A stretch of 60,992 bases of DNA, the filler included, from Dirinaria sp. TL-2023a (Eukaryota): the NCBI GenBank assembly GCA_051941275.1. It is 14 parts of 14 records of this genome, joined end to end, with 100 filler letters (N's around TTAATTAATTAA, not from the genome) between each part and the next. Parts side by side here need not be neighbours in the genome. Positions count along the whole stretch, not along the records: positions 8,758 to 13,034 come from JAVEBF010001871.1; positions 13,135 to 17,410 come from JAVEBF010001872.1; positions 17,511 to 21,786 come from JAVEBF010001873.1; positions 21,887 to 26,155 come from JAVEBF010001874.1; 10 more parts are not named here. The stretch is one strand, 5' to 3'. The first letter of the stretch is position 1. Every line of letters starts with the position of its first letter. Position numbers and translations under genes: made by a program. The notes beneath the pieces were generated by a model. That model saw only the letters and a program-made list of their open reading frames with translations. It made no database searches and was not told the origin of the DNA. Shown here piece by piece: positions 12,477-26,141 of this stretch.

Positions 12477-13547
12477 ACGAAAGTTTCGTATCCGCAAATG
12501 GTCGATGCCTCGCCACAGCCTCCGCTTCCCGAAGAGTTTGTCGTCCTGAAACACTCTGCATCTAGAAAAGTTATGTCGTTGCATTGTCCGGGTTCATCTT
12601 CCAAGATCAATTATGCTGAGCATGTTGCTGCTTGAGAGACACCATCTTAGATTGACATTCCCCAAGGTGTATTACTAAAGAGCATTTCGCGGGTACATAT
12701 TCAACCATTTGAGGCTTGCTTTGCTGGTGTTCATCATCTTCACAGTTCGCATGCGGGTAGTAGATAGGAATGCAAAAAATCTGTACTAGGCAACTTCTTT
12801 CGATGCTTGCTTGCTTCTCAAATTCCGCCCCCTGAAGACGGAGCTGTGTGAAGTTGTTTCTATAATATATGAACACGAGGTCTTACGATTGCACTGACAA
12901 TTTCAACAGAGACGATGACTGAAAGACCACATGGCCAGCAACGCTGAGGCACTACTTACACCACTGACGAGGAAAATAAGATCCATCCCCCTGAAGCCGA
13001 CAAACACCACGCGCCCCCCACCCACGGCCAATGTNNNNNNNNNNNNNNNNNNNNNNNNNNNNNNNNNNNNNNNNNNNNTTAATTAATTAANNNNNNNNNN
13101 NNNNNNNNNNNNNNNNNNNNNNNNNNNNNNNNNNGGGAGTTTTAAAGTAGGATAAGGTGAGGTAGAGCTGGAGTGAAATTTAATTCCCCCTTTTTCTTTA
13201 AAAAAAAAAAAAAAAAGATTTCTAAGAAGAAAAAAACTTAAAGAAAAAATAACTTTGATCAATGTAGATATCTTCCTTTCTGCTTCTGCTTCTGGCTTGT
13301 ACATACATACAGGCATACATACATCCATACATTAGACTATCTTAAGAGTTTCCCCTCCCTCCCTCGCTCGCTACCTGATCTGCTTAATTGCTGAACCAGC
13401 GCCATCTCTCTTGCGTATGCTTAGGCACTACTCAGCTTTGAAAAGGGGGCTCATTCATATATTTCTTTTGCTTCGCCCGAGCAACAACAAGCACACTTCT
13501 TAATGAAGAATGAAGAAGAAGAAAGATTGATTAAAAAAAGTAAAAAG

Positions 13548-13578
<31 letters not shown>
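13548..13578. repeat. (TGA)10 microsatellite
   Basis: Ten perfect TGA units read directly, downstream of the 402-aa ORF stop. Confidence 0.95.
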
Positions 13579-13579
<1 letters not shown>

Positions 13580-13626
13580 GGAAGAGAGAATGGGCAATGG
13601 TAAAAAAAAAAAAGGGGAAAAGGGGT

Positions 13627-14835
13627 TCAATCGCTCAAATCCGGGTTCGCAACGAAGAGCCGTCCTCCACCCAGACTGCCCATGGTATTCGCTCTCTCAT
13701 CCACGCTGCCCCGCCGCCGGAGTTCTTCCGCGCTCTTGCCTTCCTCCGCCCGCCTCATCGTCGTCGTCGCCGCCGTCGTCTTCGAAGGAGGAGCCTTCAA
13801 CTGTCCGACGTGGCCGAAGCGCGCTTCTTGCTCCGACGAACTGTCGCTGTTGCCCTCGTTGTTGTTATTACTGCTGTTGCCTTGCTTTGGCGTGAAGTAG
13901 TCGCCTTTGGCTGAATCGTGGTGATTGTGCGGGACGGGCGTCTCTTCGAGTTCGGGGATGTCGCCGTTCGGACTGTATTCCAGCCCGCTCGTCGGCGTGC
14001 TCCCTTCGCTGTACCGGTGCGTCGACTGCCGCTGGTTGTTGCTGCTGTTGTTGTTCACGCCGAGATACTTGTTGGTGCTGCCCATCGAGCTGCGCCCGCT
14101 CCCACTCCGGGCATGATGGCCCGCTGCAGCCGCACGCAAGCTATCATCGTCCCGGCCGAGCCCATCGTTCTCCACTTCGTTGGCACTCAACCGCATCGGT
14201 ACCCCGCCACCCACCAGGTTCGCGTAACTGTAACTTGACGCTTTCGGGATCCCGTGGTGCCGGATCTTGCTCCGCACGCCGAGGCTACCGCTGCCCATGC
14301 TCCCGCTTGTGCTGGTGCGTCCTTCCTGTGGGTTCTGCCCATTCACTTCCCGCACTGCGCGGGCTTTGGCTGCTTTTTGCTGTGCTAGCAGACGTGGGTC
14401 TTGGTGCTGCGAGCGGTCACACCAGACAGTGGCTTTTTGCTTGCGCATCAGTGCTACGTAGCTCGATGGTGTGGTGGAGGCGCCGGAGCGAGTCGAGGCA
14501 GTCCTGCTGAGGGCGGCGGTGGAGGAAGAGGATAAGGTACGGGAAGGCCCGCCTGCGGTCGATGTTGTGGAGGTCGAAGGGGTCCGACGTGAGAGGTTCA
14601 TGGCATTGGTGTATTGTGGTTGTGATGGGGAGTTGTAACTCGTTTTACGGGCGAGGGTGGAGGTAGTTGCTGTCATTTGCTGAGGCCCAGACGGCGGTAG
14701 TGCTACGTCGGGAACAATCTTGGTCAAGGGATGGATCCGATCTCTGCTGTTTGGGGATATTTGGGTTGTCGAGAGTAGAGGTTTGCGGTGACTGAACTGA
14801 TAGGCGCCCGCAGGCCGATAGTCGGCCATTGCCAT
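13627..14835 (-). CDS. Conserved-looking fungal hypothetical protein (S/T-rich, disordered), 402 aa
   Basis: Uninterrupted ORF with low-complexity S/T/N tracts and ordered islands (YVALMRKQKATVWCDRSQ...DPRLLAQQKAAKARA; RLFVANPDLSD at the C-terminus) that I recall from Pezizomycotina hypotheticals. Confidence 0.8.
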   Translation of the reverse strand: MAMADYRPAGAYQFSHRKPLLSTTQISPNSRDRIHPLTKIVPDVALPPSGPQQMTATTSTLARKTSYNSPSQPQYTNAMNLSRRTPSTSTTSTAGGPSRTLSSSSTAALSRTASTRSGASTTPSSYVALMRKQKATVWCDRSQHQDPRLLAQQKAAKARAVREVNGQNPQEGRTSTSGSMGSGSLGVRSKIRHHGIPKASSYSYANLVGGGVPMRLSANEVENDGLGRDDDSLRAAAAGHHARSGSGRSSMGSTNKYLGVNNNSSNNQRQSTHRYSEGSTPTSGLEYSPNGDIPELEETPVPHNHHDSAKGDYFTPKQGNSSNNNNEGNSDSSSEQEARFGHVGQLKAPPSKTTAATTTMRRAEEGKSAEELRRRGSVDERANTMGSLGGGRLFVANPDLSD

Positions 14836-15855
14836 GTCAATGACTCAATCGAGATGGTGTTCTTGAGACGTTGTGGGGAGAAAGAAGGTCCAAGGTAGGT
14901 CCTTGGGAAATATCAATCAATTAATTACTCAGGGATGGAAGCAATCATCGAAGGTCTTTGGAGATGACAGCTCTAAGCTTCTTGAATGATTGATAGGCGG
15001 ATTTGCCAAGGAACAAGATGGTCAGGTACCGAGAACAGGAATAGCTGATTGTTAAAGGTAAGGCGTGTGGCAGATCAGCTACTCAGAAATGGCAAATGGG
15101 ATTGGGGCATTTCGTCATGCACCGGGCTTGACAGCGAAGACCAGCTTCGACCAGTAGTGGTGTTGTTTTTTTTGGGGGGTTGGTCGGGATGATGGAATGG
15201 AAAGCGAGAACGAGAGAAGCTGAAAGGGAACCGTCGAAAACGGGTTTGTTGGGAGTCGGAGACACGATTGGTGGAGAGATGCCTGACTAGACCTTTTCTG
15301 GACCGATTCACAAGGAAGTGCCCCTAAGCCTTAATGTGCACAGCCGAGCTTCAATGGTCATAGACACATAGTGGCTCGAGTGGCTCCGCTACTGTCATCT
15401 TCAAGCATTCATTGGGAAGGAACCTTGATGCTATGCAACGATGAAGATGTAACGCGAGAAAAAGCTTCGCGATTGACTACATTACCTTACCTTACCATAC
15501 CTTATTTCACTGCTACCCTACCAATAGCTTGATGCTATCTTCCGAGTGCGCCACACCTTCGGCTCTGCAGCTGCTTCTATATTCGACCCTGGTCCAGACC
15601 TGCTAGAACTCTTCGTGGCGTGACATGCGCAAGCCACCATTTCACCAATACCCTAAGCTAATTAACGAGAGACCGATATGCGGCATGATTTCAGACTTGA
15701 GCCAAATTCATAGACATGAAATGTTGGGAATATCTTCGTATTGCTAAAAGGAATGACCTGCGAGGACTGGCACAAGAAGGAATCCAGGAAGCCCCTAATT
15801 GCACTTGAAATATGACCGAATCCGAGCACGAGCTCCCGCCTTACTGTTCACAAGC

Positions 15856-16891
<1,036 letters not shown>

Positions 16892-18122
16892 GATGTCCAC
16901 GAATAGGTAAGGTTGTATACGAAGGCAAGCTAACAGAATCGATTGCTACTGTAAGGGAGCTGTAGCTGAAGGCACTTCCGTCATACTACATGTAAGAATA
17001 CGGTACTCGACGACTCCTACGAGGGTTCAAGTATTCCAGGGTTCGTTTAATCTAAAATTAGAGCATCCCTCGATCCAATCGACAAAGCGCGGAAATTGGC
17101 CGATAGAACTACTGTACCCTAAGGTACCCTGTCCCTGACCTACTTCTATCCGAACCTTAATCCCTACCTTAAGAAGTTAAGATACTCTCGCTCCCTCGTA
17201 CGAGGACCGACTGATTATTACGCGCGATTAAGGCCCATTATGATATTGGTGCGTTTGATCGGTTGTTGACCCGGTTCTGCATATGATCGACCACTAATTC
17301 TATTGCCCGTGGTGCAGCCTTTGATGCTTGCCAGGAAGCAGCTCCGAAATCCCCTCACCGTCCTGACCAAACCCAATCAGTGCGAGGCAGCACATAGAGA
17401 TGGCGAGAATNNNNNNNNNNNNNNNNNNNNNNNNNNNNNNNNNNNNNNNNNNNNTTAATTAATTAANNNNNNNNNNNNNNNNNNNNNNNNNNNNNNNNNN
17501 NNNNNNNNNNAGGCAGGATCTCTGTCTCAATCTCATCGAGCACATTACCTGGCGGCTATTGGTATTGCATGTCATGTTAAGAGAAAAATTGTCAGAGCCA
17601 TTCATGATTGTTACCTACGCGCAAGAAATAAGAAGAAAGATAGAGCAAGCATCTGCATATTGACAAGGTCGTTCATTCAAGAAGAAAAACACAGAAAGAG
17701 AGAGTGTGTGGCTAGCTTAGTTTTTTGGTTATCGGGAAGAGGTAGACGGGTTTTCTCCACGGGATAGTAGCTAGAAATATGGATTTGGGGATTGGATAGA
17801 TATGTTGGAGGAAATGCGTGGAAATTGGTGTGCAAAACATTTAGGCGCCTGTCGAGGGGATGAGCGAGCACGACTGTATGCATGGATTATGGATGAATGA
17901 GGATTCTTTGAAGTCTTTCAGATTAGATGAAGTTCCTTATGAGTAAGGTAATCTTACCTTAGGTCCCGCACCAACCCCAAACAGGCATAACGTACTACCT
18001 TATTTCAACGCCTCGATGCCAAGACTTCGGATGCATTCCGCGTTCGCGATTCGTCCTCGCGTCTTTATTTGAAGTTTGGCTTTGGTCAAGAATCCTCTGC
18101 GCAGCTTTGCCATGTGCCCATT

Positions 18123-21100
18123 ATGATCCCAGATCCACCAACTCCGTCGCTATGCCTATTCAAGGAGGTCCGTGTCGACGTCAACCCCGAAGCATTCGAC
18201 TCAGTAATTCAGTTTCGGGCCCCATCTACAAGCATCATACCTAGTCGAAATTCGCAACCAAAACGCTACATACCCAAGCACCCACCCGTCTTTAGGACTG
18301 AGGAAGATTTCACACGGTGGAATATTGCGTCGGAGAGCTCGATCCATTTTGGCCGCTCCGATTGCTACCCGCGGAGCTTGTTATGGCGTGTTCTGGATTG
18401 TGGACGAGTACTACGGATACAATCTGTGGACCTAAGCAAGAGCTCGGGGCCAAAGAAACTGGCAAATATAAGCCACGAAGAGGATAACGAAGCTAGATTC
18501 GTGCTCCAATTCCATTTCCCTGGTCCTTTGAGGCGCGGCGGTGTAGCATTTGCGGACGCCGATGACGGGGATAGTCTCCATGTCTTTGTTTTATCAGCAT
18601 CGAATGAACTGTATACGTTAGCATTGAAGAGGTCTTTCTTCGGCTCTACGTCCGCTTCAGAAGCTGACATCGAGGGATGGTGTCAGATCTATAAGCCAGC
18701 GTCTCTCAATTTCACCACACCGCATTCGTTCTTCGCAAGAAGTGCGCTTGAGCTAATCATAGGACTGAACGACGGCAGGCTCGTGCGTTTGACTAGAAAG
18801 GCGGGACACAATGGGTCAACATGGCATGAGGTTGCCTACAACGACGGCAAATGGGGCTCATCTCTGCGAAGCCTTGTACGCTGGCAAGGAATGAACACGA
18901 TTGCATTTGATGGAATTACTTTGGAAAAGAATACGGTACAAGCCATTGGACCTTCGCCTGACCAAAAGCATCTTTGGGTGGTTTGCTTGGATCATACTCT
19001 AAAAGCCTGGAATCTTGAGCAAGGCAAGACCGTCTACGTGAATGATCTCCTTGGTGTTGCAAGGGAACCCCAGGATACCGTCAAATATTTGCTTGACCCT
19101 CACAATCATAACTTGATGCAGATTCTTCCTGTGGAGGAGACTGCCGAAGGGGACCATTATTATGTAATGACCTACTCTCCGCATGATCTAGGGCAGTTCA
19201 AGGTATGGGGTGTTCGCAATGCTGATGCAGCTGATCGCGGCATACGGGATCTTTATCCAGATGATGCTCTGCGGCCGCCAGATCCCGATCCAAATCCTGA
19301 GAGCAAGGCAATCTGGAAGGTGGTCGACTTCAAGGCCAAGATTGCCAAAGATGGTCACCTCAAGATATGGCTTCTTATGAGATCTCAGAGGAATTACAAA
19401 GTCTACAACCTCGACTTGCCTGCCGAAGATATTGGGCGTTCTTTGAATATTATTTGGAGACGTTCATGGACAATTTCAAACAGAGAGACTCTTCACACAG
19501 ACCAGCCGCCCAACACCTCGGATGCAGGTGCTGAAGGAGTAATGGAATCGTGGGCGAATTTCCTCCTGGATCCCACAAGGTACCCTGATCGTCTTATCGA
19601 AATGGCGTTGAGAAGCTACATAGCAACGCGCAAGCTAAACATCAGCCTGGACCCGAAGGCTTCACCCAGGGTCCAAGCACCACTTGCAATATCGAGCAGT
19701 GTGCGCTTGCAGCGGCGTGCATCTGACGACACGGACTTTGACAATTACCGCCTAGCATTGGAACAGGAGTGGACAATTCTTTGGCAGGAGATCAGAGATT
19801 TGGACAGCTCTAGGTGTGATGTACTGTCACTCGCCTACGATCATGACGTGGACTACCCATGGCTTGTTTTCACGGACGCCTGCTCTGCCATTCGAAAATG
19901 CGGCAAGACTGAAATCATAATCCATAATGACAAAGATATTCTCAGCTCAACACAGAGCCTTCTGCCTACGCCATCGATAGAGAACGGCAGAGTCCCAATT
20001 CTCCCTGACGAGCTCTCAGCAGTGGTCGCAGCAGCTGCGACTTTGAGGCAGAGCTTCAATGATGGACTGCGTCGAACATGTGGTTCAGTACTTACCACGG
20101 AGCTTTGGCAAGATTCATCATATTCAGTGGCAGCGCGTATGGAGGACATCTACCAACGCTGCGATTTCGCGAATGAAATCGACGAGGATGGTTTATCGCG
20201 CGCGGAATCGAAGCTGCCAAAGGACTCTTCACGCCTAGGAAAGCTTCAAAACAGCCATTTCGAAGACATAATCAAGGACCTACCGCGCAGCATACCAACA
20301 AACGACTCATCTTTAAGGTTTACTAAATTTGGTCTCAGTATCGTTGTTAGGGGAGCCCAGGAGATGATCAAAGTACACGAGCAGATCTTGACCGACTTGT
20401 TGGTTCTATTAATTATCCTCCAAGAGGAGTTTAATTTACCAGAGAAACCGATGTTAGACTTTAAAGCTGCGAGTTTATTCTTGGAGCTATCGCGCCTGCT
20501 GAAGGAAACTCAGCTTATGCAATGGACTGTTCGGGCGACTCGCCTGGAGTCAGCCCCAATACAAGCAGGCCCCAGATCAAACAAATCCTCCAGCGAGACA
20601 CAGCCTCTGAAGCCAATATCCATCCTTGAAGGAGTCTTTGCAAAGGACGTCAAGTCTCGATCATGTGACGACCAGTCCCAAAGCGAAACGCTACTTCAAG
20701 ACATCCAAGATGTTCTAGTCTACGTTGTGGGGGGGAATGGCGAACCACTAACACTAGACCCGCCAATCGAGAGCATTCTCTGCAACCTCCTCAGCCACGG
20801 GAATATTGACCTCGCAACAGATTTTCTCCGGTTCGTGCCGTCTACAGCCTGGGCGGTCTACCTGAAAGGTCGCCTTCACCTCCTAAAAGGTGAATATACA
20901 GAAGCAGCAATTGCTTTCAAAAGCGCTTCGTTCAAACTTTGTAAGCCAAATCCGTCGTCTCAGTGTAATTCTCCCCGCTAATCACCATGCGAAGCTCTGC
21001 CTACTGATCTCGACTACGCTGTTGCCTCCCACAACCTGCTCTCCACCACCGAAGCCTCCTACCTCGGCCACGGCCTCTCCGCATATTATACACACATCCA

Positions 21101-21786
21101 AACCCTCTTCCAAGCTTCCAAGTGCCACAGCTATGTCGCCGAATTCGCTCGTCTGATCCTCCAATTCACGCAGGACCCTTCTGAACAGACGTCCGCTCTA
21201 ACAACCCTCTTCCACGCCTCGATCGCCGTATCCACATTTCCTTCCGCGTTCACAGCTTTAACCCGTGTCCCTCCCCGCACCGCCGCAGAGCTCATCCCCA
21301 CTTTCCTGAGCGCCCTACTGGCGCAAGAAGACTTCAAGCTCGCCCTCTCCCTTCCCTGGCCCCCTTCCCTACGAGCACCTATCGACACCTTCCTGACCTC
21401 CAAAGCCTCCTCCTCATCATCAACAACCCTCACCAACCCCACCGCGGCGCAGCCGCAATACCACAAACTCCTCGCCGCGTGGCGCCTGCACCACCAAGAC
21501 CCCCGCGGCGCCGCAGCCGCTTTCGTAACCCATCTCCACCGTATCCGGAAATCCTCCTCTTCCTCCGCTGCCCGCTCCATCTCCACCTCCTTTGCAAAAC
21601 CAAATCATGCCCCCCATCATCATCATAATAATAATAATCAAAACACCGACACGGATGAAGTCCTGGCGACGTATCTGCACGTCATCAACTTGCTCGCCTG
21701 CATGGGCGGCGGCGAGGAGGAGGCGTGGGTGTTGACTGATGCGGTTTTCACCCCTGCGACCAAGGGGAAGGGCGGTGGGAAGGAGA
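18123..21786 (+). CDS. NUP120: Nucleoporin Nup120/Nup160 family (3' truncated)
   Basis: Long ORF with a beta-propeller-like N-terminus (LFKEVRVD, YPRSLLWRVLD, VCLDHTLKAWNL, YSPHDLGQFKVW) and a helical C-terminus; intron 20941-20994, then an in-frame exon running to the contig end. Confidence 0.85.
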
Positions 21787-24384
21787 NNNNNNNNNNNNNN
21801 NNNNNNNNNNNNNNNNNNNNNNNNNNNNNNTTAATTAATTAANNNNNNNNNNNNNNNNNNNNNNNNNNNNNNNNNNNNNNNNNNNNCTTCTTTCCACTTT
21901 CTTCGTCATTCTGCGCGGGCCCCCAATCGATATGTAGGTTCGACGTGTTCTGCTTATCCAGAACCCTACCCCTGTTTTCCCTAGCTCTTTTGGGGATGGT
22001 ACTCTTGAGGTGAGGCAGATCTCTCAACCCAGAGTCAATTGAAGTTTGCTTCTTAAGCATGTAGCAACAGCATGCTATCACCGTAGCAATAGTTCTGTCT
22101 CTATACACATCGACATGCGCATCCGTTCTCTCGAATCATACAGACGATGTCATGACTGTGACATGATCACATTCTCAACGAACATTTCGAGGTCAGAGCT
22201 CATTGAAGAGATGAGATCTCAAAAGATCAACTCGTCGCCGTCATTATATGTCTCGCCCCGCAGTAGCAATGAATGCTACTGTTTCGCGATATCTGTAGAG
22301 CTGTCGCTATGACAGACCGATCATGTCTTGCAAGAGATTCCGTCTGCTACACTCACGTCGGCAGTGTAGTTCGGTCGTCTCTTACTAATCAAGCTCTTAT
22401 CCCCTCTAGTGCTAGGACGATACCACATTCACAGTTACCTTCACACTCAGTAGCTGCTTCGGGTCTCAGTACGAATGAGATAGTCATCTAGAGGTTTCTT
22501 CGCCCTCGCCGCTTCGCTCTCGCCGGAGCTGTGACGATCTCAGAGCAGATGTGAGCCCAAGGGTGTTCTGTCGCGTGTATAGATAAACGATATCACGTTC
22601 ACTGAATAATAAGTTCAGCTTCGGGTCTGAGTACGAGTCAGGTAAACAAACGCGTCGGATGGTTTTCGTATGCCAGTATCTCTTGTAGACAACTCGACAG
22701 CGTTGCGCGTTGTGAGATCATTTGGCTCTGCTGTATACCGTAGTAACAACAGGTTCGTAGCCGGCACCACGTACAGGTAGACCTCGTCGCCGACCCGTAA
22801 AAAAGGTTTAGTATTCCTTCCCGTTCCTTTTTAAATCATTGCGAAGCAAACACCCTTTTCGAAGGCCTCCGCCAGCGGAAAGTTCTGCTATAACACCTCC
22901 CCGCGTAGCACATAGTGGCCCCCTCCCGAGACTAGAAGGCACATACCTATAACCTCTTACTGGAGCTGAAGCTCAGTTATCTAAAAACTCTCTTTCTTTT
23001 TCTTAGAGAAATCATATTCGATTCAAGAGCCAGGGAATGAGATTTATGCGAGAGATCTGCATATGAAGCACGTACCAAGTAAGTACCTGCAGTACCGACG
23101 TTCCACGAAAATCTACTTGATTCACAGCTACCTCACTTACAAAACCACACTCTTGATCGCCCCAGCACCGTGCTCCAAGGAAAATGCCTAGTTCAGCACA
23201 CGTAGCGGGACTGAGAATCGTCATTGACGTTTGTCTACACCACCAAAGCGGTCTTCGATTTGGTTTCCAGAAGCCGAATGGAACTATTTTGCGCAGCTGT
23301 TGCATGGTTTTGAAGAGGCTACCTACCATAAGACTAGGTAGCCCGAAAATGTGACCATAGCAACATGGCAAGATATCGTGAACTCATTTGAATCTAAGGC
23401 TGGGATGTAGCACAGCCAAAGTTAACTCCCTATTAACTCTCTTCTTCGGAAAGCAACGTTCATGCGAAAGGGAGGGGTCACTATCGGAGAAGGTGATAGA
23501 AAAAGAGCTCCGATGTCGAGCAAAACTCAACGTGCTCTATGCATCTTACGAGTACTAGAGACCTATTAGAAGGCACGAGATATCGCAAGCCAAGACTTGA
23601 GTAATTACTTGGTCGACTAGGTGTAGCTGAAGATATTTTCGTGGTATTACTAGCAACGACTATCGTTGCCAGCACGAGCGCATCATATCTCAGGTACGTA
23701 AGGAGGTATTTGTGTAGAACAGCCACCAGATTGTATGAGAGGATATCTTAACTCTGCCTCAGTATTTTTCGGGTCCTTTTCCGGAAGAGTATTCAAATAA
23801 TTGTACTGTCAGGATTCAAGGTCTCTTTGCGGTGTTGCTTAGCGCTGAAGGTCCCAAAGATCTCCTCTTCGAACAAGCAGCTGGTGATCCAGGGTTCATG
23901 TTAATTATATGTTTCAATGAATACCTTCTCGCTGTAGCTCTTTGCTAATTGATCTTCTCATATCTGGTAAGATCATACACGGGAGCTTTGAGCTAAGCAC
24001 ATCGTGACCTCAGCTGGCTGGAGCACTTCATTACTGCTGAACGGCCACTGACTCGAAAATGCTGGCTGTTGATTTGTGGATAATATCCGCGATACGATCT
24101 GTGACTGGTCATCGAACAAGATAATGACATACGATATCCTCTGCACTGGGTCACTGGGCGTAAATGCCCTTACCATGCCTCGATTCATCCTCACTAGTGC
24201 ATGGAGTAGAATAGTACTATCACACCGTTATTAACGCGGCAAAAGGTACTACCTTCGGGAAAGTTGCATGAATCCTCCCCGATTCCTTTATGACTCCCTA
24301 CGTAGCCTGAGCCCCGCATAAGTGTCTCTATCCACCACTTCCTTCTCTACCACAATACCGATCACTAGAAACGTTACGAAAAAA

Positions 24385-25077
24385 ATGTCGGCTGCATGGG
24401 AGGTACTAGCAGTGATCGATATGACAGACGAGGAGATTGAAGCATTGCCTAAAGATCAGCGTAGGTCGCCTTAGGAGACTCGAAAGCCTACAGTAGCCAT
24501 GCACTAACGTACAATAGAAATGGAGATTTTCTTTAGCATGCATGAACGAGAGGTGTTTGGGCGACCTCCCCAGCTTCCCAAATGCCACAAACACCTGAAA
24601 GATAATGTTCGGGCATACGACCTGCGCATTGAACAGACTGCTGTACTTGTACGTCTGGCTGCCTCATATATGATGGACCAGAACCGGAGGCACTGGCTTT
24701 ACTTGCATGGGCTCAAGCATTTCGACGATGTCGATGATCATAGAGTCTGCACTAGGTCTGAGAGCCGGCAGCTGGGCCCCTGGATCGCCAATTACCAGGC
24801 TATGGTAGCTGCGGAATTCCAGGACGATGTCAGAATCGCGGAGATGGCAAAGGACATTCTGTTTGCGCTCTACGACTTCCGCAAACAGCAATGGAATGAA
24901 ATGTACCCTGATGCTGGAGAAGAGAGTGAAGAGGAAGATGCCACAGCAGGCGCTTTGGAGAAGGACTGGGAGATTTGCAACTCTGTAGTGGCAAGGAGTG
25001 TGAAATCGATTCCGGAATCGATTCCTGACGATTCTAGATATCGATTCGTGATTCCTAGATTTTGGACTAGGTCCTGA
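24385..25077 (+). CDS. Hypothetical protein, 2 exons, ~211 aa
   Basis: ATG 24385 (MSAAWEVLAVIDMTDEEIEALPKDQ); intron 24461-24517 (GTAGGT...CTAAC...TAG) joins in frame to ORF 24520-25077. No family recognised. Confidence 0.65.
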
Positions 25078-25610
25078 GATCCACTACAGAGGTCTCGTAG
25101 TGAACAGCTTTGGATAGCAATATCTTGGATGTACCGAGGTCGGAGGTATCTCCGGGCAGCTCATATGAGTTCCCGGAACCTCGGAGCCAAACTCGCCCGA
25201 CCACTGCCATGAATTCCCCGAGGCGCTCCCTTGAATTAGCCAGTCTTTCCCCATTCGGTTTAGCTTCCCCGAGGGGGGCGAGCTGAGAAAAACCCTCGTA
25301 GGTTTGAGAACTTCCCCTCTACATCTCATCACCCCTCGCCCCCATCGGCCCCGACCGTGATGTAAAGTCCACCTCCTTGGAATTTTCCATCAGTCTCCAC
25401 GGACCCTATCAGTCCCAGCAGGTCAAGGCTTGCAAGACCGCGGGTCCTTGCAGTCTGGGCCAAAACTCCTGCAATTTGACAGTTTCGGGTGTCGGACGAC
25501 TGGACGATTCTACTTTGCGACGGAGGAGACTGCTGACTAACCATCGCAGCTGCCAAGCTTTCATTGCTCACGTGAATGCTCACGTGCTCTTCAAAGCCCT
25601 AATTGCCAAG

Positions 25611-26141
25611 ATGCCGGCTATGCTGGAAGACCCAACGGCGCCCGTCATTTACCGAACCTCGGGCGCACCCCCTTACCCGACACCTTCCGATCCACAGATA
25701 CCAATCACCATCGTCCCTCGCCAGGTCACTCTTCGGGACCGCATCACAGTTGCCACACTGATCCCTTTCACCTCTGCCGCCCAGGTACCACCTACGCTCC
25801 TTGCCTACCTCTGCTCGCAGATGAACCTTGAGATCGAAAAAGGAGACACCTATCCAATGCTCGGGCCTATGCCCCTCAGCTCCTTCGGCAAGTACTGGTT
25901 TCAGAATTTCGGCGCTGTGATGTTGTTGGGAGGTTTGAGCAGCGTGGAGGATGTGCAGAGGTTGGAGAGAGCGAGGGCTGATTGGGAGAAGGTCTGTCTG
26001 GGGAGCTTCTACATCAAACCCAATTACCCAGGCAGATCGAGTCATGTCTGCAACGGGGGTTTCTTGGTCACAGACGCGGCGAGAAATCGGGGTGTAGGGA
26101 GGCTGATGGGGGAGGGGTATTTGGAATGGGCGCCGAAGTTG
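25611..26141 (+). CDS. GNAT-family N-acetyltransferase, Spt10/Mpr1-like (first exon; truncated)
   Basis: MPAMLEDP start, EIEKGDTYPM and LGSFYIKPNYPGRSSHVCNGGFLVTDAARNRGVGRLMGEGYLEWAPKL (acetyl-CoA-binding RxxGxG motif); GTATGT donor at 26142, then the contig ends. Confidence 0.88.
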
